NCBI GenBank assembly: GCA_964471115.1
Contig: CAYYFE010000016.1
Span: 6,874 to 70,873 of the forward strand
Direction: 5' to 3'
Source: an uncultured Solibacteraceae bacterium
GTDB lineage: Bacteria; Acidobacteriota; Vicinamibacteria; Vicinamibacterales; SCN-69-37
DNA: 64,000 bases
In this document: positions 31,622 through 42,231 of the stretch, one piece after another
How positions within the stretch are numbered: the stretch's first letter is position 1
Layout of the letters: the number at the start of each line of letters is the position of its first letter
The notes under the pieces: model-generated
Databases searched by the model: none
Told to the model about the DNA's origin: nothing
What the model saw: only the letters and a program-made list of their open reading frames with translations
Position numbers and translations under genes: made by a program

Positions 31622-31712
31622 GGAGTGCGGAGTGCCGAGTGCGGAGTGCGAAGTGCGAAGTGCGGGGATTGAGGAGTGGGGAAGTCCTCAATCCCCAATC
31701 CTCAATCCTCAA
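31615..31712 (-). repeat. Composite array GGATTGA/(RAGTGCG)6/GGATTGA/(TCCYCAA)4
   Basis: Reverse complement closely resembles 18684-18761. Confidence 0.9.
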
Positions 31713-31718
31713 TAACAA

Positions 31719-32204
31719 CTACTGCTTCTTGAAGTACTGCGACGTCGTCATCGCCGGGCCGCCTTCGCGGCCGGGGCGCGTCGTCGAGACCACGAGCCAG
31801 GCGCCGTCCATGGCGTAGGTGATGGTCTGGCCGTTGTCGGAGGTGACCACCAGCTTGGCGCCGTCCCACTTGGCCGTCGACGTGACTTCCGTCTGGCCGC
31901 CGCGGGCCATCATGCTGTTCTTGCTGGGCGACCCATCCAGGTTGTAGGTCGTGGTGATCGTGTTTTCGCCCATCGTCCGGGCGATCACGAGCTTGGTCGC
32001 GTCCTGGGTGAGCGTCATCGGCCCGCCCATGCGTCCACCACCGCCGCCCATCCGGCCGCCGCCACCGCCGGCGTTCGGGTTCGCCGCGGCGGTCTTCTCC
32101 GCGTCGAGCGTCCACGTGCCCGCGAAGTTCGGGGCCTGCGCATACACGCTGGTCGCCAACAGGACGACCGCTGCCGTTCCAAGTGCCATTGCCACACGTC
32201 GCAT
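31719..32204 (-). CDS. Secreted hypothetical protein with Gly/Arg/Met-rich loop
   Basis: Signal peptide, PNFAGTWTLDAEK, TYNLDG, AKWDGAKLVV. Confidence 0.75.
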   Translation of the reverse strand: MRRVAMALGTAAVVLLATSVYAQAPNFAGTWTLDAEKTAAANPNAGGGGGRMGGGGGRMGGPMTLTQDATKLVIARTMGENTITTTYNLDGSPSKNSMMARGGQTEVTSTAKWDGAKLVVTSDNGQTITYAMDGAWLVVSTTRPGREGGPAMTTSQYFKKQ

Positions 32205-32256
32205 AAAGACTGCTCCTGCCAATGACGACTCCGGCGAAACGCCGGAATCGAACCCG

Positions 32257-33474
32257 TTACTCGAAGCGCAGCGCTTCGATGGGGTCCAGCCCGGCGGCCT
32301 TGCGCGCCGGGTAGAACCCGAAAAACACGCCGACGAATCCGGCGAACCCGAAGGCCACCAGGATCGAATCCATCGGGACGACGGCCGGCCAGTTGTTGGC
32401 CCACTTGGCCAGTTCCGCCAGGCCAAAGCCCAGGGCGATGCCCAGGCCGCCTCCCACCAGCGAAATGACGATGGCTTCGACGAGGAACTGCATGAGCACG
32501 TCGCGGCCGCGCGCGCCAATCGCCATGCGCAGGCCGATCTCACGGGTGCGCTCGGTGACCGACACCAGCATGATGTTCATGATGCCGATGCCGCCGACCA
32601 TCAACGAAACGGCGGCGATGCCGGCCAGCAGGGAGGTCATCGTGCTGGTGGTCTGCGTGCGGAAGGCCACCATGTCTTCGAGCGTCTGGACGCGGAAGGT
32701 GTCTTCCTCCCCCTGCGCGAGGCCCTGCGTGATGCGGAGCGAGCCCTTGACCGCCTCCGCCGTGGTGGCGATGCCGTCGGCCGAGAAGGCCGACAACGTG
32801 ATGTTGTTGAGGTGCTGGATGCCCTGCAGTTTCTTCTGCACCGTCGTGAACGGCACGAAGACCTGGTCGTCCTGGTTCTGGCCGCCCGACGAGGCGCCCT
32901 TCGACGTGAAGACGCCAATCACCTTGAACACGTGGTTGCGCACGCGCAGGTTCTGTCCGGTGGGATCGACGCCCTCGCCGTAGAGCAGATCGGAGACGTT
33001 TTTGCCGAGGACCACCACCTTGGCGGCCGCCTGGACGTCCTGCTCGGTGAAGAACTGGCCGTAGAGCAGCGGCCACGCCTTGATGAGCGGCCAGTCGACG
33101 TTGGTGCCCTGCACCTGGGTGTTCCAGTTCTGGTTGCCCGCGATGAGCTGCTGGCGCGTGCTGACGCCTTCGGCCACCCACTGCACCTGCGGCAGCTGCC
33201 GCAGCGCGTTGGCGTCGGCGGCCATGAGCCGGCTCGAGTTGCCTTCACCCATGCGGGCCCCGCCCTGCGTGAAGTTGCCCGACATGACCGTGATCATGTT
33301 GGTGCCGGTCGCCTTGACCTGCTCTTCGATCATGACCTGCGCGCCGGTGCCGAGCGCGACCATGGTGATGACCGCGCCGACCCCGATGATCATGCCGAGC
33401 ATCGTGAGCGCGGTCCGCAGCTTGTTGCGCCCGAGCGCCTTGAGCGCGATTCGAAAGACCATGAACACTGACAT
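32257..33474 (-). CDS. MacB-like ABC transporter permease
   Basis: RTALTMLGMIIGV, GGIGIMNIMLVSVTERTREIGLRMAIGA, YPARKAAGLDPIEALR. Confidence 0.93.
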   Translation of the reverse strand: MSVFMVFRIALKALGRNKLRTALTMLGMIIGVGAVITMVALGTGAQVMIEEQVKATGTNMITVMSGNFTQGGARMGEGNSSRLMAADANALRQLPQVQWVAEGVSTRQQLIAGNQNWNTQVQGTNVDWPLIKAWPLLYGQFFTEQDVQAAAKVVVLGKNVSDLLYGEGVDPTGQNLRVRNHVFKVIGVFTSKGASSGGQNQDDQVFVPFTTVQKKLQGIQHLNNITLSAFSADGIATTAEAVKGSLRITQGLAQGEEDTFRVQTLEDMVAFRTQTTSTMTSLLAGIAAVSLMVGGIGIMNIMLVSVTERTREIGLRMAIGARGRDVLMQFLVEAIVISLVGGGLGIALGFGLAELAKWANNWPAVVPMDSILVAFGFAGFVGVFFGFYPARKAAGLDPIEALRFE

Positions 33475-33506
33475 TGTGTGACCTCGTTCGTCGTTCCGGG
33501 AATGGC

Positions 33507-34289
33507 CTAGTGCGCGTCCGCTGACTCCGGGTGCGGAATCTGATCCGGTTCGGGCGGCGGCAGCGCCGCCAGCGCCTCTTCGGCGTTGCGCCGGTGCGCA
33601 ATTTTCTGGTCGGCCACCACGCGTCCGTCACGGAAGCGGATGAGCCGCGTGCCGTATTCGGCGATGTCCATTTCGTGCGTGATCAGCATCACGGTGATGC
33701 CGCGTTCGACGTTGAGCCGCTGGAAGATGCCCATGACCTCGATGCTCGTGCGGGTATCGAGGTTGCCCGTCGGTTCGTCGGCCAGGATGATGGACGGTTC
33801 GTTGATGAGCGCGCGGGCGATGGCCACCCGCTGCTGCTGGCCGCCCGACAACTGGTTGGGCATGTGGTGGAACCGCTGGCCGAGGCCGACGATTTCCAGC
33901 GCGGCCATGGCGCGTTTGTGCCGCTCGGCGGCCTTCATCTTCTGCACGCCGTTGTAGAGCAGCGGCAACTCGACGTTGTCGAGCGCCGTGGTGCGCGTCA
34001 GCAGGTTGAAGCCCTGAAACACGAAGCCGATCTTCGTGTTGCGGACGCCCGCCAGTTCGTCCTTCGACAGCTTCGACACGTCCTTGCCGTCGAGGATGTA
34101 CTGGCCGCTCGAGGGTTTGTCGAGGCAGCCGATGATGTGCATGAACGTCGACTTGCCCGAGCCGGAGGGGCCCGTCACACAGACGAACTCCCCGGGCTCG
34201 ACGTCGAGCGACACGCCCCGCAGCGCGCGCACCTCATGGTCGCCCATGTGGTAGACCCGCATCAGATCGCGAACAGAAATCACCGGCAC
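33507..34289 (-). CDS. MacB/LolD-like ABC ATP-binding protein
   Basis: GPSGSGKS, LSGGQQQRV, LADEPTGNLD. Confidence 0.93.
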   Translation of the reverse strand: MPVISVRDLMRVYHMGDHEVRALRGVSLDVEPGEFVCVTGPSGSGKSTFMHIIGCLDKPSSGQYILDGKDVSKLSKDELAGVRNTKIGFVFQGFNLLTRTTALDNVELPLLYNGVQKMKAAERHKRAMAALEIVGLGQRFHHMPNQLSGGQQQRVAIARALINEPSIILADEPTGNLDTRTSIEVMGIFQRLNVERGITVMLITHEMDIAEYGTRLIRFRDGRVVADQKIAHRRNAEEALAALPPPEPDQIPHPESADAH

Positions 34290-34305
34290 GAATTCAACTC
34301 CTCAA

Positions 34306-34372
34306 CTCGCCGCTACTGGCCGACACTCGCCGCCACTTGCCGCCACTTGCCGCCACTCGCCGCTACTCGCTA
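34306..34372 (-). repeat. 10-bp array of the TGGCGGCGAG family, 6 units plus a partial unit, minus strand
   Basis: Begins at the adaptor gene's TAG. Confidence 0.88.
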
Positions 34373-36121
34373 CCGCCCGCCGCCGCGGCCACCGCCGCCG
34401 GTGGGGCCGCCCATGCCGCCCATGCCGGGCATGCCGCCGCGGCCCTGCTGGCCCGAGAACGGGTTGCCCTGCGTCGAGCCGGTGGTGGCCGTGGCCTGCA
34501 GCCACGGCATCAGGATGTTGGTGATGAGCTCGGTGCCCACCGCCAGCTCGGGCGGGCCCGAGACCAGTTCGGTGAACGTGCCGTCGGTGATGCCCTGCAT
34601 CACGTCCAGGCGCTCGAGCGTGCCGAACGGATGGGTGGCATCGGCCGGACGCAACACGTACACCTGGCCGCGCGTGGGATTGCGCACGAGCGGCGGGAAC
34701 AACTCATCGATGTTCTGCACGCCGCGCTGGGTGAGCGGCGCGACCGGGCCGGTCTGGCCGTTGTTGCCGGCGCGTCCGCCTCGTCCGGCCCCGCCGCCGC
34801 GGCCGCCTTCACGACCGCCGAACGTGATGCCCGCGCGGCGCATCGCTTCCGCGCGCTGTTCCTGCGGCAGCTGACGGATGGCCTCCATCGCCTTCTGCTG
34901 TTCGGGCGTGAGGTTCATCCCCATGCCGCCCCCCTGGCGTCCACCGTCGCGGCCACCACGGGCGAAGGGGTTGTCACCCGAGGCCTGGCCGCCCTGGCGT
35001 CCCGGCGTCGCGGCCGCCGGCTGGGGCGCGCCGCTCTGCGGCTGGCCCGACCCGGAGCCGGCCTGCGGCGCCGCGGATCCCTGACCCGAGGGCGCGCCGC
35101 CGTTGCGGCCCGGACCCGCGCCGCGGCCGGGCGGCGTCGGCGGCTCCTGCTTGAGCGTCGTCCACATGTCGTTGTTGGGACGGAAGCGGAGGGCCGCGTT
35201 CGGAATGCGCAGCACGTTGTCGCGCCGCGCCACTTCGATGCGCATCTGCGCGGTCTGGCCGGGCTTGAGCCGCAGGTCGTTGTTCTGCACCTCGACCACC
35301 GTCGTGTACGTCACGACGTTGGACTGGACCGTCGGATTGAGGCGCACCCGCGTCACCGTCCCGAAGAAGTCCTGGTTCGGATACGCGTCCACGTTGAAGC
35401 GCACGGTCATGCCCGTGCGCACCTTCCCGATTTCGGATTCGTCCACGCCGCCTTCCAGGCGCAGCTTCGTCAGGTCCGTCGCCACGTCGAAAAACGGCGT
35501 GGCCGTCTGCGAGCCGACGATCGTCTGGCCGCGGTCCACGCGCCGGTTGATGATGACGCCGTCGATGGGGGAGACGATGGTCGCTTCCTTGACGTTGAGT
35601 TCCGCCTGGGCGAGGTTGGCCTCCGACTGCACCTTCGACTTCTCGGCCGAGGCAATCTGGGCTTCGCGGCTGCTCACCTGCAGCTTCGCGGCCTCGAGCT
35701 GCTGTTCGGTCACCAGCTTGGCGGCATACAGCTTCTCGGTGCGGGCCAGGTTGGCCTTCGAGTCGGCCAGCTGCACGCGCTGGTTCTCGAGGTCGACCTC
35801 CTGCCGGGCGATGTTCGCCTTCTGGATTTCCACCTGCGTCTGCAGCTGGTCGGTGTTGATCTGCGCCAGCACCTGGCCGGCGCGCACCACCTGGTTGAAG
35901 TCGGCGTTGAGCTGTTCGATGACGCCCGACACCTTCGAGCCGACCACCACCATGCGGTCGGGCTGCAGCGTGCCCGTGGCGCTCACGATTTCGACCACAT
36001 CCCCCTGCGAGATGGTGGCCTTCATGAACTCCGGCACCTGCGGCGCCTGCTGGCTCTGGTAGTAGTAATACCCGCCGCCCGCGGCGGCAAGGACAACGAC
36101 GAGGTAAATCAGCTTTTTCAT
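34370..36121 (-). CDS. MacA-like efflux periplasmic adaptor with long Gly/Arg-rich inserts
   Basis: SATGTLQP, GSKVSG, IVSPIDG, VDESEIG, LKPGQTA; start MKKLIY at 36121. Confidence 0.9.
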   Translation of the reverse strand: MKKLIYLVVVLAAAGGGYYYYQSQQAPQVPEFMKATISQGDVVEIVSATGTLQPDRMVVVGSKVSGVIEQLNADFNQVVRAGQVLAQINTDQLQTQVEIQKANIARQEVDLENQRVQLADSKANLARTEKLYAAKLVTEQQLEAAKLQVSSREAQIASAEKSKVQSEANLAQAELNVKEATIVSPIDGVIINRRVDRGQTIVGSQTATPFFDVATDLTKLRLEGGVDESEIGKVRTGMTVRFNVDAYPNQDFFGTVTRVRLNPTVQSNVVTYTTVVEVQNNDLRLKPGQTAQMRIEVARRDNVLRIPNAALRFRPNNDMWTTLKQEPPTPPGRGAGPGRNGGAPSGQGSAAPQAGSGSGQPQSGAPQPAAATPGRQGGQASGDNPFARGGRDGGRQGGGMGMNLTPEQQKAMEAIRQLPQEQRAEAMRRAGITFGGREGGRGGGAGRGGRAGNNGQTGPVAPLTQRGVQNIDELFPPLVRNPTRGQVYVLRPADATHPFGTLERLDVMQGITDGTFTELVSGPPELAVGTELITNILMPWLQATATTGSTQGNPFSGQQGRGGMPGMGGMGGPTGGGGRGGGR

Positions 36122-36126
36122 CTCAG

Positions 36127-39100
36127 CTATGCCTGTTCCGGAGTTGACCGCGCCGCTCCGCGCCGCAGTCCAGCCCAACCCTCTTCAAACAACGTGTAGA
36201 CCGTCGGCACCAGCACCAGCGTGACCAGTGTCGAGGCCGTCAAACCGCCGATGACCACCCGCGCCAGCGGCGCCTGCAGTTCCGCGCCTTCGCCGATGCC
36301 CAGCGCCATGGGCATCAGGCCCAGGATGGTCGTGAGCGTCGTCATCAGGATCGGCCGCAGCCGGGTCCGTCCCGCCTCTTCGACCGCCTCCCGCAGCGCC
36401 TTGCCGTCGCGCCGCCGCAGGATGTTCGTGTAATCCACCAGCAGAATCGCGTTACTGACCACGATGCCCGCCAGCATGATTACCCCGATATACGCCTGAA
36501 GACTGAAAGACGTTGACGTCAGCTTGAGCGCCGCGACCACGCCGATGATGGCGACCGGCACGGCGAACATGACGATGAACGGGTCCCGCAGGGATTCGTA
36601 CTGCGACGCCATCACGGCGTAGACCAGCAACACGGCCAGCAGCAGCAGGATCTGGAGCTGGCCGAAGGCCTGGGCCTGCGCTTCGACCTCGGCGCCGAAG
36701 CCGACGGTGAAGTCGCGCGGCACGTCCAGTTCGCCCAGCCGGGCCTGCACCCGCCGGACGGCGTCGCCGAGGGGCACGCCCGCCTCCAGTTCGGCATTCA
36801 CGCGCGCGATCCGCTCCTGGTTCTTGCGTTCAATCTGCGTCGGGCCCCGCTGCGTGTCCACGGTCAGCAGGTTCTTGGCCGGCAGCACCAGGCCCGACGG
36901 GGTGCTGATGAGGACGTCGCTCACCGACTCGGTCTGGGCGCGGTCTTCTTCGCGCAGTCGCACGATGATGGGGAACTCCTTGCCGCGCTCGCGGAAGACC
37001 GCGGCCTGGGTGCCGGCCATGTTGGTGCGGATGGCGTTGGCGACGTTGCTCACCGACAGGCCCAGCAGGGCCGCCTTGGGCCGGTCGACGCGAATGGCCA
37101 GTTCCGGACGGCCCTCCTGACGGCCAATCTGCGGATTGGCCACGCCCGGCGTCGTCTGCAACAGGGCGAGGACGTCGCGCTGCAGCCGGTCGGAGTCCTC
37201 CAGCGAGAACCCGCGCACTTCCACGGCCAGGCGGCTGTCCGAGTTGAGGTTGCCCAGCACGCGGTTGAGCGACTGGTTGCCGCCCGAGGCGCGCGTGGTG
37301 ATGCTGACGCCGGGAATGCCGACCAGCACACGGCGCAGGTCCGTCGCGATCTGGTCGCTGCTGCGCGTGCGCTGATCCTTGGCCGTCAGCTTGACGGTGA
37401 CCGAGACGTTGCCGCCGCCGCCCCCCATGAACCCGCCGCCGCCGGCCGACGTGATGACGTCGACCGCCTCGGGCACGTGCTCGGCGATCATCGTCTCCAG
37501 CTGCAGCGCGATCGACTCGCTGCGTTCGATGCGGCTGCCCACGGCCATGCGCGCGTTGACCGAGACTTCGCCTTCGTCGGTGGTCGGCATCAGCTCGGCG
37601 GGAATGGTGGGCAGGATCAGGATGGCGGCCGCCGTCAGCCCCGTGGCCGTCATGAGGATCGTCGGCCGATGCTGCAGCGCCGTGTGCAACACGCGGCGGT
37701 AACCGTTGTCCAGGCCGTTCAGCGCCCGTTCACTCCAGGTGAACAACGTGCCGGACACCCCGGACCGCTCGCTCTCGGGCTTGGGCAGCACAAGCAGCCG
37801 CGAGCAGAGCACCGGCACGATGGTGACCGCCACGAACAGCGACATCGACAGCGAGAAGATGACGACGATGGCCAGCTGCGTGAAGATGATGCTGGAGACG
37901 CCCGACAGGAAGAGCAGCGGCACGAACACGGCCACGTGGGTCAGCGTCGACGCCAGGATCGCCGACCACACCTCCTCGGCGCCTTCGATGGCGGCCTGCA
38001 TGCGCGGTTTGCCCATCTCCATGTGCCGGAAGGTGTTCTCCAGCACGACGATGGACGCGTCGACGATCATGCCGACGCCCAGCGCCAGGCCGCCGAAGGT
38101 CATCGTGTTGAGCGTGAACCCGGCGAAGTAGAGCAGTGCGAACGTGCCGATGATCGAGATGGGAATCGACGTGCAGATGATGAACGTCGACCGCAGGTTC
38201 CGCAGGAAGCTGAAGATGACGATGATGACGAGGATGGCGCCGAGGATGGCCGCTTCGCGCACCGACGCGATGGACTGCTCGATGAAGCGGGACTGATCCT
38301 CGAGGACCGTCAGCCGGACACCCTGGACCTCGCGGTTGATCCGCTCGATTTCCGCCTTCACGTCCTCGGCGATGGCCACCGTGTTCTTGCCGGACTGCTT
38401 CGTGACGCGCATGCGCACGCCGGGTTTGCCGTTGATGCGGGTGAACGACCGGAAGTCCTCGGTGGTGTCGCGCACCTCGGCGACGTCGCGCAGGTAGATG
38501 GGCACGCCGCCGCGCGTGAAGACGATCAGGTTGCGCAGCGCGTCGAGCGAATCGAACTGGCTCGATGACCGCAGCAGGAAGGTGGTGTCACCCTCGTTGA
38601 CCTCCCCCAGCGGGACGTTCTGGTTCTCCGTCCGGATCGTCTGGATGATGCGATCGACCGGCAGGTCGAGCGCCGTGATCTTCTCACGCGACAGTTCCAC
38701 GCGAATCTGCCGGCGCAGGCCGCCGTCGACGGTCACGGCGGCGACGCCTTCGACACGTTCGAGGCGTGGCACCAGGTCGACCTCGGCCAGTTCACGCAGC
38801 GTCACGCGGTCGAAGTCGCCTTCGACGCCGATGCCGACGATGGGCTGCGAGTTGGAGTCGAACTTGAAGATGGTCGGCGAGTCGGCGTCTTCGGGCAGCC
38901 GCCCGCGCACGCGATCGACGCGGGTGCGGACTTCATCGGCCGCTTCGTTGAGGTCGGTGCCCCACACGAAGTTGAGCCGCACCATGCCCGAGCCTTCCGA
39001 GGCCGTCGAGTTGACCTGTTCGAGCCCCGGCACCGCGGCCAGCGACTGCTCCAGCGGGCGGACGACGAGTTCCTCGATTTCCACCGGGCCGACGCCGCCG

Positions 39101-39252
39101 TAACCCACGCGCACCGTGATGCTCGGGTAGGTCACGTCGGGCATCAGGTCGACCGGCAGCCGCGTGAGCGAGAGGGCGCCCAGCAGGATCACGATCGACG
39201 AGATCATGAACATGGTGATGGGCCGGTGAATCGCGATTCGGGGAATGCTCAT
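36127..39252 (-). CDS. RND efflux permease (AcrB/AcrD/AcrF family)
   Basis: [42 protein letters not shown]. Confidence 0.93.
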   Translation of the reverse strand: MSIPRIAIHRPITMFMISSIVILLGALSLTRLPVDLMPDVTYPSITVRVGYGGVGPVEIEELVVRPLEQSLAAVPGLEQVNSTASEGSGMVRLNFVWGTDLNEAADEVRTRVDRVRGRLPEDADSPTIFKFDSNSQPIVGIGVEGDFDRVTLRELAEVDLVPRLERVEGVAAVTVDGGLRRQIRVELSREKITALDLPVDRIIQTIRTENQNVPLGEVNEGDTTFLLRSSSQFDSLDALRNLIVFTRGGVPIYLRDVAEVRDTTEDFRSFTRINGKPGVRMRVTKQSGKNTVAIAEDVKAEIERINREVQGVRLTVLEDQSRFIEQSIASVREAAILGAILVIIVIFSFLRNLRSTFIICTSIPISIIGTFALLYFAGFTLNTMTFGGLALGVGMIVDASIVVLENTFRHMEMGKPRMQAAIEGAEEVWSAILASTLTHVAVFVPLLFLSGVSSIIFTQLAIVVIFSLSMSLFVAVTIVPVLCSRLLVLPKPESERSGVSGTLFTWSERALNGLDNGYRRVLHTALQHRPTILMTATGLTAAAILILPTIPAELMPTTDEGEVSVNARMAVGSRIERSESIALQLETMIAEHVPEAVDVITSAGGGGFMGGGGGNVSVTVKLTAKDQRTRSSDQIATDLRRVLVGIPGVSITTRASGGNQSLNRVLGNLNSDSRLAVEVRGFSLEDSDRLQRDVLALLQTTPGVANPQIGRQEGRPELAIRVDRPKAALLGLSVSNVANAIRTNMAGTQAAVFRERGKEFPIIVRLREEDRAQTESVSDVLISTPSGLVLPAKNLLTVDTQRGPTQIERKNQERIARVNAELEAGVPLGDAVRRVQARLGELDVPRDFTVGFGAEVEAQAQAFGQLQILLLLAVLLVYAVMASQYESLRDPFIVMFAVPVAIIGVVAALKLTSTSFSLQAYIGVIMLAGIVVSNAILLVDYTNILRRRDGKALREAVEEAGRTRLRPILMTTLTTILGLMPMALGIGEGAELQAPLARVVIGGLTASTLVTLVLVPTVYTLFEEGWAGLRRGAARSTPEQA

Positions 39253-39282
39253 CGTCGTGTGCTCCGCGGGAAGTGCGCGTCG

Positions 39283-40539
39283 TTATTGGCCGCCGCGGCC
39301 GCCCCGCGCGGGTCCCTGCGCGGGGGCCTGGCCCTCGCGTCCGCCGCCGGGCATGTTCATCGGCGTGATGCGGTCGCCATCACGCAGCGCCAGGACGCCG
39401 GTGGTGATGACCCGCTGGCCTTCGGTCAGGCCCTCGAGAATCTCGATGCGCTCGGCATCCTGAATGCCGGTGACGACCGGCTGGAACTTCGCCGTCTGGC
39501 CGTCGGGCAGGAACACGCCGCGCCGGCCGTCGCTGTCGACCACCGAGCCGCGCGGCACGGTGAGCACCCCGGTCTTGCGTTCCGCGGTGAGCCGCACGCG
39601 CGCGTACATGCCCGGCTTGAGGCGGAAGCCCGGGTTGGGCACTTCGATTTCCATCGACGCCGTGCGCGTGGCCGCGTCAAACACCGGCGCCACGCGGCTG
39701 ACCGTGCCCGAGAATTTTTCGCCGGGGAAGGCGTCCACTTCGACTTCCGCCTCCACGCCCTGCGTGATGCGCTTGAAGTCCTTCTCGACGAGGTTGGCCA
39801 CCATGCGCACGGTGGAGATGTCGACCACCTGCAGGATGACGGTGTTGGCGCCGGCGAAGGCGCCGGGGTCGAGGTTGCGGCGGCCGACGAAGCCGTCGAC
39901 CGGCGACAGGATGTTGGTGTTGCCCAGGGTGATGCGCAGTTCCTCGATGCGCGCCTGGGTCTGCGTCAGCTGCGCCTGGGCCAGGTCGACCGCCGCGAGC
40001 GCCGAGTTGTAGGCGGCTTCGGCGTCTTCCACGGTCTGGCGCGTCGACAGCTTGGCCTCGAACAGCGCCTGCTGCCGGCCCAGCGTCGTCTTGCGCAGCT
40101 GCAGGTCGCTTTCGCGCTGCTTGAGCGTGGCGCGGTTGACCTCGAGACTCTGTTCGGCCTGCTTGACCTGCTGCTGCAGCTCGCGGTCCTCGACCTTGGC
40201 GATCTGCTGGCCGCGGGTGACGCGGTCGCCCAGCTTCGCGGTGATGGTCTCGATGCGGCCGGCCACACGCGGGACGACATCGACCGTGGCCTGTCCGATG
40301 AGGTTGCCGACGACGGTGATGTACTCGACGACTTCCGCGCGCGCCACCGGGGCGGTGTCGACCGTGAGCGCCGGCCGGCCGGTGCCGCCCCGGCCGCCCA
40401 TCGCGCCGCCGCGTCCGCCCGGCGCTGCCGTACCCGCCGCGGGGGCCGAGGTGGTCGCCTCGGCCCCCGAACGGGTCATGTACCAATAACCGCCGCCGGC
40501 ACCGGCCAGCAGGACGACGGCGATGAGGAGCTTCTTCAT
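39283..40539 (-). CDS. RND periplasmic adaptor (membrane fusion protein)
   Basis: VVPRVAGRI, ILSPVDG, FDAATRT, LKPGMYAR. Confidence 0.92.
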   Translation of the reverse strand: MKKLLIAVVLLAGAGGGYWYMTRSGAEATTSAPAAGTAAPGGRGGAMGGRGGTGRPALTVDTAPVARAEVVEYITVVGNLIGQATVDVVPRVAGRIETITAKLGDRVTRGQQIAKVEDRELQQQVKQAEQSLEVNRATLKQRESDLQLRKTTLGRQQALFEAKLSTRQTVEDAEAAYNSALAAVDLAQAQLTQTQARIEELRITLGNTNILSPVDGFVGRRNLDPGAFAGANTVILQVVDISTVRMVANLVEKDFKRITQGVEAEVEVDAFPGEKFSGTVSRVAPVFDAATRTASMEIEVPNPGFRLKPGMYARVRLTAERKTGVLTVPRGSVVDSDGRRGVFLPDGQTAKFQPVVTGIQDAERIEILEGLTEGQRVITTGVLALRDGDRITPMNMPGGGREGQAPAQGPARGGRGGQ

Positions 40540-42158
40540 TACTGAATCTTCTGGACGCGCTCGAATTCCGCGACCGCGTTGATGTATCGAATCGTGGCCG
40601 ACAGCTCGTTGTTGCGGGCGGACGTCAGCCGGTTCTGGAAGTCGATGACCTGGAAGTTGGTGGACATGCCGACCTGGAAGCGGGTGAGTTCCGCCTCCAG
40701 CGTGCGTTCGGCCGCCTCACGCGACTTCTGCGCCGCCAGCAGCTGCTTGTAGGTGCTCTGCACGTCGAGGCCGGCCGTGGTCACCGCCGTGGCGATGGTC
40801 AGCTCCGTGTTCTTGAGCGACGTGCGCTGCTGTTCGAGCGACAGCTCCGAGCGCAGGTGGTTGGCCTTGGCGGCCGACAGCCCCAGCGGCTTGCTGAAGT
40901 TGAGCGAGAGCTGCCAGGTGGGCGTATCGAAGTTGCCGATCGACCGCAGCGCGTCGAAGTAGCCGCTTTCGTTGATCAGCTCGGGCGCGCCGCCCAGGCC
41001 CGACCGGCGGTATTCGTTGCCGCCGACGCCGGCCAGCTGATACGACGCGGTGAACCCGAGGCTGGGCATGATGCCGTTCTTCGACAGCTCCAGGTTCATC
41101 TCGGAGACGCGGATCTGCTGGCGGGCCGTGACGATGTCGGTGCGCTGGTCGAGCGCGCGCTGCACGGCTTCGGGGATGTTCGGATCCTGAATCGTGAACG
41201 ACGCCTGGTCGACCGGGTTGATCGTGGACGAGAAAAACGCATCGCTCGCGCTGTCGACCAGCAGACGCTTGAACGCCAGTTCGGCGTTGCGCCACGCCAC
41301 TTCCGCCGCGAGCAGGCTCTGCTCGCCCTGGGCGATCTGCAGCTCGAGCTGCACCAGGTCGATTTCCGCCATGGTGCCGATTTCGACCTTGATCTTGTTG
41401 TCGGCGAGCTGCCGGTTCGACAGGTCCAGCGACCGGCGCTGGATTTCGATGGCCTCAATCGCCTGGCGCAGCGCCCAGTACCGCGTGCGCACCTGGTTCT
41501 TGATGCTCTCGACCTGGGCTTCCAGCTGCAGGTCGACGATCTGCTTCTGGATTTCACCCGTGCGCAGCGAGTTGCGCTGGTTGTCGATCGTGCGGCCGGC
41601 CAGCAGCGGCTGCGTGTACTGGAAGCTCAGGTTCGACGAGTAGCTGGGGTTGCGCGTCGAAAACGCGCTGTCGGTCGACGTCCGGTTGTTGTTGAAGTTG
41701 AACGACACCTGGCCGCCCTGCCAGGGCAGCCGCTGGCTCATCGACGTCCCCAGCGAGTTGTTCTGGCTGGTCACCCGGGCGCCGCCGTCGAGCTGGGAGG
41801 TCGACTGCTGCGAGGAGTTGCGATAGCTGTAGTTGGCGTTGAGCGTCGGCCGGAAGTTGGCCCGCGCCGCCTGCAGCGTGTAGTCCTGCATCTGCGGATC
41901 CAGCCGCGCGCGCTGGATGTCGAGGTTCTTTTCGAGCGCGCGTTCGATGGCCTGCTCCAGCGTCAGGTCGATGCGCTGCGCGCCCGGCAGCTCCGGCGGC
42001 AGCGCGCGGCCGACCACGTACCGGTCCTGCGGCTGCAACTGCATGCCCCCCGTCGGCGTCACCGCCTGCGGGCCCGCTGCCTGCGCCCACGCCGCGGCCG
42101 GCATCACCAGTGCCGCCACGGCCATCCACGCCATTCCGCCGATCCTCTGCTTCATCAT
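40539..42158 (-). CDS. TolC family outer membrane efflux protein
   Basis: LTLEQAIERALEKNLDI, YTQPLL, RFQVGMSTNFQV; start MMKQRI near 42158. Confidence 0.9.
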   Translation of the reverse strand: MMKQRIGGMAWMAVAALVMPAAAWAQAAGPQAVTPTGGMQLQPQDRYVVGRALPPELPGAQRIDLTLEQAIERALEKNLDIQRARLDPQMQDYTLQAARANFRPTLNANYSYRNSSQQSTSQLDGGARVTSQNNSLGTSMSQRLPWQGGQVSFNFNNNRTSTDSAFSTRNPSYSSNLSFQYTQPLLAGRTIDNQRNSLRTGEIQKQIVDLQLEAQVESIKNQVRTRYWALRQAIEAIEIQRRSLDLSNRQLADNKIKVEIGTMAEIDLVQLELQIAQGEQSLLAAEVAWRNAELAFKRLLVDSASDAFFSSTINPVDQASFTIQDPNIPEAVQRALDQRTDIVTARQQIRVSEMNLELSKNGIMPSLGFTASYQLAGVGGNEYRRSGLGGAPELINESGYFDALRSIGNFDTPTWQLSLNFSKPLGLSAAKANHLRSELSLEQQRTSLKNTELTIATAVTTAGLDVQSTYKQLLAAQKSREAAERTLEAELTRFQVGMSTNFQVIDFQNRLTSARNNELSATIRYINAVAEFERVQKIQ

Positions 42159-42231
42159 CTCTGCTCCGTTCGGGCAGCCGCCTGCGCGGCGCGCTGCGCA
42201 CCTCTCTGGGGTTGTCGTCTCGTCGTGCCGG

